DNA of 61,329 bases, counting the filler, from Rhabdomonas costata (lineage: Eukaryota): NCBI GenBank assembly GCA_019059605.1. It is 17 parts of 17 records of this genome, joined end to end, with 100 filler letters (N's around TTAATTAATTAA, not from the genome) between each part and the next. Parts side by side here need not be neighbours in the genome. Positions count along the whole stretch, not along the records: positions 25,479 to 28,975 come from JAHMHO010000776.1; positions 29,076 to 32,575 come from JAHMHO010000777.1; positions 32,676 to 36,173 come from JAHMHO010000778.1; 14 more parts are not named here. One strand, 5' to 3'. Shown here piece after piece: positions 25,532-36,158 of the stretch. The position numbers were made by a program, and so were the translations under genes. Numbering within the stretch: position 1 is the first letter of the stretch; each line of letters begins with the position of its first letter. A model generated the notes under the pieces. The model was not told the origin of the DNA. It saw only the letters and a list, made by a program, of their open reading frames with translations, and did not search any database.

Positions 25532-26598
25532 GCGTTCCCCGACACTCACAGCGAGGAGCTTCAAGCGGTGCGGGAGGAGCTGGAGAAGGAGAAGGCGCAG
25601 CTTGCTGCGGAGCACGCCCAAGGTGCATGTGTGATTTTCCAAGCATTTCCCCTCAGTTCCGAACAGGGGGGGGGGGATGCCAGGCGCGTCGGGATGTGAG
25701 GTGGTTTTGGGAAGGAGTACTCAGCGTGCCTGTGAAAGGTCTCGCGTGAATTTCGCGAACGGGTTGAAGGGCGCTGGTTCCTATCGGCCACCATTTCCAC
25801 CTATTTCTGTGCAGTGCTGGCGGCGACAGAGAAGGCGTACAACGAGAAGGCGGAGACGTTCCGCAGCGAGATTCGCACCGAAAGGCATCACCATCCCTTG
25901 CCATCCTGTCCCTCACACCAAGCCCATTACTTTTTATTCGACCCACCAAAACCGTGCCACTGGAGAGTTTGATTGTGGGACCAGATCGCCACTGGCGAAT
26001 GTCGCCTTGAGCTTTTGTTAAATGGTCACTCGCTGCTATCGCTGCCCAGGGAAGAGTCTGTCTTAACCGCCGTGAACTTGATCATCTTCTTTATTCTGTA
26101 CAAAAAACACTTGGGATATGCGAAGGAATCTATCGTTGGGCTATAGGTAGCCGTCTGCCGTCCATTTTAGCCGGTGTGTTTTCCTGTTTGTGCGTATGTC
26201 TGTGTGCGTTGCTGTTTTAGAGAGCAAAAGCGAAAAGCGATGGAGGACTGGGACCGCGATCGTGCCCGCCTGCAGGCAATGGCTGCGGCTCAGGTGCCTC
26301 CCGCGCCTGCCCTAACTGTGGGGTCGGGAAGAATTTCCCCAGCTGAGCATTTTTTGTGGAGTCCTGAAAAGGAACGCCACGTGTGTCTTGTGAACAATGC
26401 GCAAGAATGGCGGATCTTGCTCTCTCTCTCGCTTATTATCTCCCTTTCTGTACGTTTCAGGGCTCTTCCATGGCGGGAGGCGACTCCAAGAGTATCCCCA
26501 CAACAGGCGTGACTGTGCGAACAGCTCTTTTTTTGCTTGGCTTCCTGAGCTCCAGCATGACAATTAGCAGCACTCCTCTTCTCTCCCTCTGCTCGTGA
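25532..26598 (+). CDS. Coiled-coil hypothetical protein, 3' exons
   Basis: Exons 25532-25622, 25815-25884 (GC donor), 26221-26293 and 26461-26598 join in phase: EELQAVREELEKEKAQLAAEHAQ|VLAATEKAYNEKAETFRSEIRTE|REQKRKAMEDWDRDRARLQAMAAAQ|GSSMAGG... Confidence 0.7.
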
Positions 26599-27046
26599 AG
26601 AGCTCTTTAAAAAAGGTACCATTGGCCTCCGGGAAATGTCCGTAGGTGTGTCCCTTATGATTACAAAACCACACGCACGATGAACCACTGAGTACACAGT
26701 GGTGGAAAATGCATCGGCTGGGCTGTTGATCGACCAATTCGTTCCCCCACCGGGAACACCTCATTGTTAGCGATGAAGAAGGTTATAAGCATGTGATGTG
26801 ATTGGTTCTGCACTTTGTACAGAACATGTATCGCGGTGGACGCGTTTATTTGGCGCGAAGCCCATTCAGGGTCTGACCCAGCAAATGTGTCTCATGGAAA
26901 ACTCTTGTGAACCCGATTTGGCGCAAAAAAAAAAATCCTTCACGGGGCTTTCCTAGCGCTCCACATTCGGCACATGGCTTTTTACACCAGAGTTTGGTTG
27001 TGGGGGTTTCTGGTTAGTACTCCTCGTGGGGAGGAGGTAGGCATAC

Positions 27047-28776
27047 TCAGCAGCAGGGAGGTCTTGTTCTTGGGGTTGAACATCTCCTTCACCTTCTTCG
27101 CCCAGAGCGTGCGGGCGGCGCGGAGCTTCGCAATCTCCATGTAGAAGTTCATCCCAATCCCAAAGAAGAACGACAGCCCAGGCGCAATCTGAGAGCCCCA
27201 CCCCCACCCCAACACGCTCACACAGAACTGGCAACACGTCAGTAATGGAAAGCCACGACACACCTGACCAATGCGTGTGCTTGTGCAGGATCCTGTTGGC
27301 CAATGGGTGCGAGCTGCAGAGGAAAGCTGACCCTTCACACAGCTCAACAGTCTCTTTTATGTCTTTTGGATCACCTCGAGGGGTGAGTTGGGTGAAGGGG
27401 TGAAGAGGAAACACGGTCTAGATACTGTTATGCACCGAAATCGGCTCGAATGCATACTCACGGTCCACCACCCTGGTCTCGCTTAGGCTCCCTAGGTGAG
27501 GGTGAAGGCAACTCTGACCCCATCCCAAACCAGGACTTCTCCTGTGAGCCATGGGGACATAAATCGCCTGATGGCTAACCGGAGCCTCGAGCACCCACGA
27601 AACTTAAGATGATGGCTCAGAAAGGCCGAGTTCCTTCGGCGTTTGATTCCAGGCAGGCTTCTGATTGATTCTCCCGCCTCCAAGGCCACTGAATTGGGGG
27701 GAATGACCACCCCTTCCTCTACCGCTAGGCGGAGGTCTTTTGGGGAACCTCATTGGTGCATTAGAACCGCGGGCTGATGGGTGCCCAACCTTCTGCGCTC
27801 GCCCAGCTCTTCAGCTTTTCGAGGATGGCCTCACTCACTGGCTCCTTGTTCTTCTCCTTCCCCGGTGCCTTTCCGCTCTCCAACTCAGGCCTTTTTCCAC
27901 TTTCCATCACAATTTCACTCATTCCCACCCATACACCCAAACCGCTTGCACGAGGCATCGCTATAGGGGATGTCCTTTCTGCCTCCCCACATTCTTTCGT
28001 TTCTTTTCCGGTTTTGGGGGTGCTCTGCTGCTGGGCGCAGGTGGGAAAGTCTCACTGACGCATTGCAGTGCCGTTGATTTTATGGAGCATTAACTTTTTG
28101 CTCTGGCCCCACTTTTACTTCCGGCTCTGGTCCGGGGCTGGAACACGTGCATTGCAGGCCAGGGACCTGGTCGACGTTCAGGCCTGCGTTAAGCGCGGCG
28201 CGGATGTACTCAATTCCGTCGGCAATGGTGAACCCCAGCTCCAGCGCGGCGTGGGCTCCTGCTTCCTGAGATGCAACGCCACCCCCACACAATACACCAG
28301 CCAATTATGGCTTGAAAAAAGACTTCTATGACCAGAAAGGTAACTGTCTTGCTGACTTTTTCCTCGATGCGTCTCTCAGGTCTATCCGGGCATTGTGTTC
28401 CAGTACTTTCGCAAAGAAGAACTCAAGAAACGGAGAGAAAAAATGATGAGGGTCTGCCTCCCGAGACCATCATCGTCGAGCATCAGCGGTACATCTGCGT
28501 TTAACCTCATCGTTTCGGACAACGGTTGCTGAACTAATTTGTGGCGCGCCGTCCAGGGGTAACACCTCACCAACGACACACAGACACAGACACACACACA
28601 CACTCTCTCTCTCTTTGTTTGACTCTGCGAGAATGCTGAACAGTTGCACGGCTAACGGCGAGGATACATCGCCGAATGCCAGTGGATGGTTTGGTGTGTG
28701 CGCAGTGTGTAGAGCCTGCATGTGGTAGCCCGAGATCGAGATGGAGTTGTACTTCGGCATGTTCTTCGACAGGTAC
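27047..28776 (-). CDS. MUT: Methylmalonyl-CoA mutase (adenosylcobalamin-dependent), three internal exons
   Basis: Exons 28776-28716, 28265-28167 and 27188-27047 give [100 protein letters not shown]. These are classic MCM motifs. Confidence 0.96.
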
Positions 28777-29197
28777 CTGTGAAAGGGCCCAAGAAATTCC
28801 ATTCCATTCCATTCCGACTCAGCGCAAATCATCTTGAACACCCAAAAACGAGCAATCGTCAATACAGCCCATTCCACGTCACCAAGGCGCCTCCCACTTC
28901 TCCAGGAACCCTCCCCAACTTCCCATCATCAATCAGCACACCAAATGTCATGCTACATGACAGATGCTCGCCAACNNNNNNNNNNNNNNNNNNNNNNNNN
29001 NNNNNNNNNNNNNNNNNNNTTAATTAATTAANNNNNNNNNNNNNNNNNNNNNNNNNNNNNNNNNNNNNNNNNNNNGGTTGGTGGGCTAAATGAACATCAA
29101 CAAAATGATCCTGATGGACAAGTAACACCAGTCCCGCGCGGTGAAGTAGTTACTTCTCCACGTTTGACTTGCACTAGTGGTTTCATTGTCTTGATCG

Positions 29198-30478
29198 TTG
29201 TGCCTCAGAAGCTTCTCGCCGTGCGCCCAAGGAATTTTTGGCGTAGGAAGTTTTCTTGGTATGTGCTGCTTCCACCGTATATTGGTCGCATACTACGCCA
29301 CCTTTGCGGCACAGCTGACGGAATTGATGCACAAGGGCCGAAAGTGGCCTGGTTTGGCTTGGTCAGCCCAGCAGCAGGCGTTTTAGTTGCTGAGGTCTCT
29401 CATGTTGCATGCTCCTTTGCTAATTTACCACTACACAAAAAAGCCTTTTCTGTTGCACACGGATGCGTAACAGTTTTGGTTCCAACAAGTTGCATTTGGA
29501 TTCCGAGAGCGTGCCAATACTCGTTGCCTGACGCTAAAGCAATCGCAAAAGAATTACATCGTGCACGAAAACGAAATGCCAGCCCTGGTGGATGAGTTGG
29601 ATGACTTGAGGCATTACCTGCTTGGATAAGAGATCCACATCTTCACCGAAAAGTCAGCCTTGAGGTATATCTAGAATTCAGCACGCCAATTCACGCGCCA
29701 GATTCTGTGGTTGAAAAATCTGCAGCTGTACATCCACTTGAACATCGCCCACATTCCAGAAAAACTGGGACTGCAGCTGACGCGTTGTCACGTATCCCTG
29801 CAGTTCCAATTCATCCGATGCAAAAACATCTTGTTGCATTCATCCCACAAGCTCTTGCACTGCGTTCGGCAGTTCTAACGTATGTTTCACTGGCCTCCGG
29901 TTTTTTTGTGTGTGCCCAGATATTTGCACCTAGTTCGCCTGTTTCGAACCAGTTGCCTGTTCTTCCGGTGACCAGAAAATTTTACTTCCAGCCATTAATG
30001 GAAGCCACCTTGTCTGCATAATTCATTCCCGATTGGTTACATGAATACATGAATGACAAGCTGATCATGAAAAGTACTTCGTCGAGGACTCTGAAACCCT
30101 CATGTAACCAACCAGCTCACATCATGGCCCTATTTGTGAGAACGACAGCATCATTATGCCCAAATCCAGATCCGCGGAGATTATTTCTCAGTTCCATGAC
30201 ATGCCCGTTGCATGCCATTATTGCATTTATATTACTGTGTGTCTAGTTTGGTGAAGGCATCCCATTTATCATCCAAGGAGGCTGTTGCGAGGCTACTGCA
30301 AGACCTGTGTGTAGTGACAGCATGCAAAGGCTCAGCTGGAGACTGAGGCAGTGGCGGTCTATTTCCATGGATTGGATCCATATGCTAAAAATCAAAACGC
30401 CAACGTGTCAAACGTTCAACCAGGTCCTTGCTGTTTTGTAACGAGTATTGAAGCAAGTGATCTTGATCCAATACCCAC
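29198..30478 (+). mobile_element. Decayed Ty3/Gypsy LTR retrotransposon pol: RT thumb/connection, RNase H, integrase N-terminus
   Basis: Frameshifted motifs occur in Gypsy order: SFLGMCCFHRILVAYYATFAAQLTELMHKG..W...QQQAF, LRHYLLG/KIHIFT..SALRYI, GTAADALSR, then integrase HHCC remnants (FHDMPVACH...YCKTC) and RQWRSISMDWI. Confidence 0.88.
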
Positions 30479-30997
30479 NNNNNNNNNNNNNNNNNNNNNN
30501 NNNNNNNNNNNNNNNNNNNNNNNNNNNNNNNNNNNNNNNNNNNNNNNNNNNNNNNNNNNNNNNNNNNNNNNNNNNNNNNNNNNNNNNNNNNNNNNNNNNN
30601 NNNNNNNNNNNNNNNNNNNNNNNNNNNNNNNNNNNNNNNNNNNNNNNNNNNNNNNNNNNNNNNNNNNNNNNNNNNNNNNNNNNNNNNNNNNNNNNNNNNN
30701 NNNNNNNNNNNNNNNNNNNNNNNNNNNNNNNNNNNNNNNNNNNNNNNNNNNNNNNNNNNNNNNNNNNNNNNNNNNNNNNNNNNNNNNNNNNNNNNNNNNN
30801 NNNNNNNNNNNNNNNNNNNNNNNNNNNNNNNNNNNNNNNNNNNNNNNNNNNNNNNNNNNNNNNNNNNNNNNNNNNNNNNNNNNNNNNNNNNNNNNNNNNN
30901 NNNNNNNNNNNNNNNNNNNNNNNNNNNNNNNNNNNNNNNNNNNNNNNNNNNNNNNNNNNNNNNNNNNNNNNNNNNNNNNNNNNNNNNNNNNNNNNNN

Positions 30998-32575
30998 TGT
31001 GGTGGGTTCGCAATCATGGACTGTCTTGCGCAGATGATATTCTACTGTGTCTTTGTGTACCGAGCTCTTTACTATGAGCGCGCAATGGCAGCTGAGTTTG
31101 GCAACCGCAAGTGGCCTACTACCAATTTGTGGTGTGGCAGGATATAGCGATCAACCAGCGTAACCAGCTAATCCACGTTGGCGCAATGGCACAGAAGGCC
31201 GTTTGTTTTTACAAGGTCAAGAGGAGGATCTCGCAGAACAACTTCGAAATTGACAACACTGACCACTTCCGCAAAAAGATGCGGCCAGTTTTCCATTCCA
31301 GCTAGCAGCTAGTCAAAGATAAGTTTGGATACATGCTTTCAGAAGCGGAGCCCAGAGCCGCGACAAGCCGCAAAAAGCAGGAGGCACGTAAGAGACTCAG
31401 TAGACCCTGAAATATCCTCTCTGCTAATCACCAATTGTTCCTCCTCGATCAGTTGTTTTCCAGACTGTTGGCTGAAAAGATTCAATTGCTGCTTGTCAGT
31501 TCGTGCTGTCGCAACGCCCCAAGCAACAACTCAGGGATGGTGACATCGGGGTGTCCTTTGCCCCCTGTGGTTTTCTTAGAAAGGTTGTACCAAAGAGAAG
31601 CCACGTATAAATCCAAAGTGACCATGGCCGTTCACTCGGTCCCTTGGCAGTGATAACGACGATGACAACCAGATGGAAGAGCCTGACCACGAATCCCAAC
31701 AAGCCCGAAGCCGAATAACCCAAAAAAAAAGCTGTACAAGGCAGCATCAAAAGAAGAAGCACTTACAACCCTCCGAATGGTGGAATGGCATTTATTGTGT
31801 CTGACCAAATTCGGAGTCTACGACGCAAAAGTTGAAGACAGCAAGTGGGATGTAAAAAGGAGCAAGACAATTAAGTGCAAGGTCCTGGTGGAGATTGGGG
31901 CAACTGTCGCAATAAGTATTGCAACCTCACCACTTACGTGTAACCCGGAGTCTCTCGATGGTTCGATGTGTTTGTTGCTAATCAAGGTGTGTAGATAAGG
32001 AATAATGTACGACAGGTGCATTCAGTGGTTGATTCACTTCGAATCACATACACCACCACATTAATGTCGGAGAGATACTCGTTGACTGCTCCACCGCAGA
32101 ACGTTCAGATGTTGTTCCCCGTTCCACAAGAACACACAATAGCAGTGGAGTGGCGATGTCCTGGTGACGTGAGTGTTAAAGTTTTGTTGAAGACCATTCC
32201 AAGCGGTGCGGAAAAAATTCCCATCATCAGGTCGTGGTTTCTGCATTGGAGGTTGAGAGGTTGTTTCAACCAAGCAAGGCCAGCTAGCCATAGATAGGGA
32301 TTAGGAGCCTAAGTGGAAGGTCAAAAGAAAGTAGAGAGATTCACCTCGAAAGGAGGAAGAGAAGCTGATCAAAGATGTGTACCACAGCATTTGTTTCCCA
32401 CATTGTGCGGTGTTACCAACACATCCAGAGATTCATAGTCTTAATCACAAATTTTTGCACACCTTTCAAGATTCAGTTTTCGGAGTGTTACCACGTTCAA
32501 GGAAGACGAACCACAGGATTGATTTGAAGCCTAACAGTAAGGTACAAGTCCAGAGGCTGTACCGAATGTCCCAGG
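30998..32575 (+). mobile_element. Decayed Ty3/Gypsy gag-protease-RT lead-in
   Basis: KCKVLVEIGAT (about 31873-31905) is a degenerate retropepsin 'vLvDsGAt'. FGVLPRSRKTNHRIDLKPNSKVQVQRLYRMSQ (about 32479-32574) is the typical segment just before the RT core. Many stops are present. Confidence 0.75.
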
Positions 32576-32891
32576 NNNNNNNNNNNNNNNNNNNNNNNNN
32601 NNNNNNNNNNNNNNNNNNNTTAATTAATTAANNNNNNNNNNNNNNNNNNNNNNNNNNNNNNNNNNNNNNNNNNNNGTTTTGTTGTTAATTCACTCCCAGG
32701 AAGCGGGTAACGAGATACAGAATTATTGTCCATTTTAAGCCCCTTTTTATTTCTAGTTTGGTCATGTACTGGATCTGTCGGGAAGAAGAAGACATTGAGG
32801 ACGGCTTGTCTATCATCGTCGTTCTCAAAGTGGAAATCCGGTCGAGCGCTGCCCGTGGTGGTGATGCAGGCGCAACTGCCGGACCATGCAA

Positions 32892-33227
32892 TTAATTGCA
32901 TCTACACAAAGGACATGTAGGCCGGAATTCCAGCCACTGCAGAATACACAGTGGGTGGAACTCACGACCACACAAGAGCCGCTCAGGATCGGGAATTTCT
33001 GAGCAGCATATTGAACATTCGGGCACTTGCAACCCGTCGGCGGCTAAGCCGTCGGCTGTCTCTTGGGCCGCTTGCAGACCCTCGGTGCTTCTCGCAGCGT
33101 CGGCTGTCTCTTCAACCATGGTGCGTTCCCGGGCACCTGCGGGGGCTGCACGTCCGCCAACCCTCAAACGGTGAGCCTCAATATCCGAGCCCACAGGATC
33201 CACCAACGGTGTACTTCTCTCCATCAT
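32892..33227 (-). CDS. RING-H2-like zinc-finger ORF of the virus-like element (possibly the N-terminus of a longer, interrupted ORF)
   Basis: ECSICCSEIPDPERLLCGREFHPLCILQWLEFRPTCPLCR fits the RING-H2 pattern, with the first His replaced by Arg (CGT, one base from CAT). The same frame stays open after the TAA, from 32891 to 32685. Confidence 0.8.
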   Translation of the reverse strand: MMERSTPLVDPVGSDIEAHRLRVGGRAAPAGARERTMVEETADAARSTEGLQAAQETADGLAADGLQVPECSICCSEIPDPERLLCGREFHPLCILQWLEFRPTCPLCRCN

Positions 33228-33770
33228 GGGTTTTGTTTAGTGACAGACCAACAGCTAATTTCACACACGATGATGAGGAATTTTCAGCCCCAACCTCGCG
33301 ACGCGTTTCTTGTCCCTGGAATTGCTCGTGCTAGAATTCTCAATCGCACGGGGTATCCAAGTTTGCAACACCGGGGGTCCTAGGCCTCACCACCACCACG
33401 GCTAAGACAATTCGGGGGCCCTTTTGTCGGTCCAATCCTCCACACAAATGATGTGGGAAATCACTAAGGATGGCCAACGATGACCGCGATGAGCTGACTT
33501 ACTAGAGGCAAACCGTCTAGACGAGATGGAACGCATCATGACAAGGCATGGATAATTCCCCGTAAGTTGTACAAGAGATGGAACGTTTTTATGTGCCGCA
33601 CGCAGATAGCAGGGGAAAGACCTACTACCAACACCACCTTGGATCAACCAAGCCCATCACTTCTTCAGGATTTTGGGATCAGTGGTGTTCCCTACCACAG
33701 AGCCGACCAAAGCTCCTGTCCAGTGGCTTAAACGGGTACGGAACGGAAAGTTGTCTGCTGCTAACAAAGA

Positions 33771-33862
33771 TAGAAAAGAGATCATGCACCTGTACTTAAA
33801 GACAAAAACATGCGACTAGAAAAGAGATCATGCACCTGTACTTAAAGACAAAAACATGCGAC
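33771..33862. repeat. Perfect 46-nt tandem duplication
   Basis: TAGAAAAGAGATCATGCACCTGTACTTAAAGACAAAAACATGCGAC occurs at 33771-33816 and 33817-33862. Confidence 0.98.
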
Positions 33863-34512
33863 GAGTACCAGCGGGAAACGCTGGGGCCTTATACACTATT
33901 TCAACACCCACACACTGCGGGGTGGCGGGCCCAGCGGGTGCACTAAAAGAAACGCACTCCACTGAACGAGAACAGTACTGATTGCTGTAAGTGGGGGTGG
34001 AAGTGGGGGTGGCGACCGTGGGAGGTATGGAGAAGGGAGCGAAAGGCACAACAGCTAAGAAGAGGCCCCACGAGCCGTCGTAATAAACGTTGGCGTAGCA
34101 GCTGCGGGCAGTGAATAATTAAAGTTTGCAGCAGTGGGGTACGTTGTGCCAGAGTATGTGGAGTTAAAAGCCACAGAATAAAACCCATCCACACGACTAC
34201 CAGAGGGACTCGAAACAGGTACTGAAAAGGACGCACACGCAAGTACAGTCGACTGCGTTCTGGAAATACCAATGTATGCGAGCTATCGGCCAGGCAACTT
34301 GGTGCAGTAAAACGCTCAAAAGACCCAAAGCCATCCGCACCAGAAGTAACTGTTGATGGAAACGAACCAAAAGACCATGACACTATGGTGGCTAAGTGGT
34401 ACTTGGACAGAGTTTTCTGGTACACTGGTTCAAAGGTTGGCATTGTATCGGTCAGTTGACAGTTGGCCACTCCCAATAGAAGCAAACCAACAAAAAGGAC
34501 AAGTCTGTACAT
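33828..34512 (-). pseudogene. Element ORF2: signal-peptide, Cys/Ser/Thr-rich protein (about 228 codons, at least two frameshifts)
   Basis: MYRLVLFVGLLLLGVANC starts 30 nt after the capsid stop. The most protein-like path changes frame to ...STVLACASFSVPVSSPSGSRVDGFYSVAFNSTYSGTTYPTAANFNYS, then to ...CYANVYYDGSWGLFLAVVPFAPFSIPP...QCVGVEIVYKAPAFPAGTRRMFLSLSTGA*. Confidence 0.55.
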
Positions 34513-34541
34513 GGTTGTGTAGGACTGAGAGGACGAATAAC

Positions 34542-36158
34542 TTAGTCAGGGGAAAGGATGGCAGGCTGGTATGGGGTGCGTGGCTCTGTGGGTCGGTGCA
34601 TGGCCGACGCTACTGCCGTAATCGGCAGGGCCAGCCAGGAAAGATAGTTGATAGGGCGGCTACTATTGTGTGGGCGTGCGCGCGCACAAACCCAAACCCG
34701 GAACGCGCCAATGCCGCAATCCTCTGTATGTGTGTTGGATTTTCATAGAAGACGGGCAATTCACCGACGACCGCCAGCGCGTCCATTGTTTCTGAAGGCA
34801 GAGCGTCCCCAAGGCTCACCTCATACCACGGGTCATTTGTAATATACTCCAACACAAACGAACTATTCAGGATGAAATTCAACCCTCGAATGTTGTCTAC
34901 GGCGGCGTTGGCATCGACCCTTAGCGCAATGAAAGAGAAGCGATCTCTATTCAATGGAAAAGCGCACGTGCGTGGTATACCATTCAGGTCATCAAACGTC
35001 ACTTCGTTGACAAAGTTCAGGTCCTGCTCCCCCGAAGGGGCGTTAAAAGTGTAAAGACCTTTTGCAAACGAGCGATCCGCATAAAACCTGTTGTCAGAGG
35101 GAACCAAACTCGTGAGGTTCTCACTGGGCGCCCCAAGCAGATCCCACCAATTGGTGTCCTCATCAAGATTGGCGGCTTGCACGATACCATTCTTGTAGAA
35201 GGCACCAGTTGTGTTTGAGAGCAACAAAGAGCAACCATTCACTCGGACGGTGGCCAGTTGCGCTAGGTGACTGAACACCTTAGGCAATGATATCTGCGCC
35301 ATCACGTCAGAGGACGTCATGAGAGTTGCACCAACCGTATTTGAAGAGGAGGCCGTATTCGCGTAGTCCACTCGAAAGTACCCACCATTGGTCCGCCCAC
35401 ATGTGAAAGTCACCGTCCCGGCCGTCGAGGGCAAAGAGAGGTTGGTCTCCAAATTCTCCGTCTGATCGGATAGGTAACGAAACACAAATGCTGAATCGTA
35501 AGCGGCTGTTGCCGTGCGCGTCAAAGTTAACACAGCACCAGGATCCATCCAGAAATACCCATACTTCTCATCTCTCTTCCCCAACAACAGCTGTGCCCCA
35601 TGCGGCGCGGCGCCGGATGTATTTAAAAAATAAATAGGGCAAAGCGGTGTGGTTGTACTTCCTGGCATAACTTGCGTTGGCGTGATAGAAGCAGCCGAGG
35701 AAGGTGAGATAGAGGGAGTGTAGAATTGTGCCTGATAGGTGAAAGCCGGTACGTTTGGAGTAAACCTTATGATCGGGCACAGTGGGTCTCTGAAAAACAT
35801 GATTGGTATCGTGCCGCTGGGAACATTAATGTAAGTCCCAGCATAAGTGGCGCTGCACATCACATTATGGATCAAGTGCCGATTGGGCCGTCTGACCTTG
35901 GGCGCGCAAACGCGTTGGATTCGAGGAGGGGTTGGGAACCACAGCCGCGATCTTTAACGCATTTGGACCAAGATTACGGGTCCCGCGGTACATTGCACGT
36001 TTTATCTTGCTGGTGGCGCTACGCGCACGCGAACGATTCACCTCAACAACAACATTGGCCTCAGCTTTACGCTTTCTTCTTCCGGGACCCTTCTTCCTCT
36101 TCGGAACTACTACCGTCACTTTGGCCGCCCCCTTGTTCTTTTGGCGCCTCGAAGACAT
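34542..36158 (-). pseudogene. Viral capsid protein, noda-like single jelly-roll type (about 539 codons, two frameshifts)
   Basis: ATG 36158 opens an R/K-rich arm (MSSRRQKNKGAAKVTVVVPKRKKGPGRRKRK). A frameshift near 35870 leads into the 421-aa S/T/aromatic-rich frame (FFRDPLCP; VRVNGCSLLLSNTTGAFYKNGIVQAANL; FAKGLYTF; LEYITND; ELPVFYENPTH). A second shift near 34634 gives the tail LALPITAVASAMHRPTEPRTPYQPAILSPD, ending in TAA at 34544-34542. Confidence 0.8.

Noticed and set aside
7654-28776. Metabolic gene cluster (fumarate reductase, homoserine kinase, MCM)
   Set aside because: Each gene is on a different contig, and all have spliceosomal introns, so this is neither an operon nor bacterial contamination.
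32685-35875. Alternative genetic code (TAA/TAG = Gln) to explain stops in the viral cassette
   Set aside because: The capsid breaks need frame changes and not readthrough. The 421-codon core uses CAA/CAG with no in-frame TAA or TAG.
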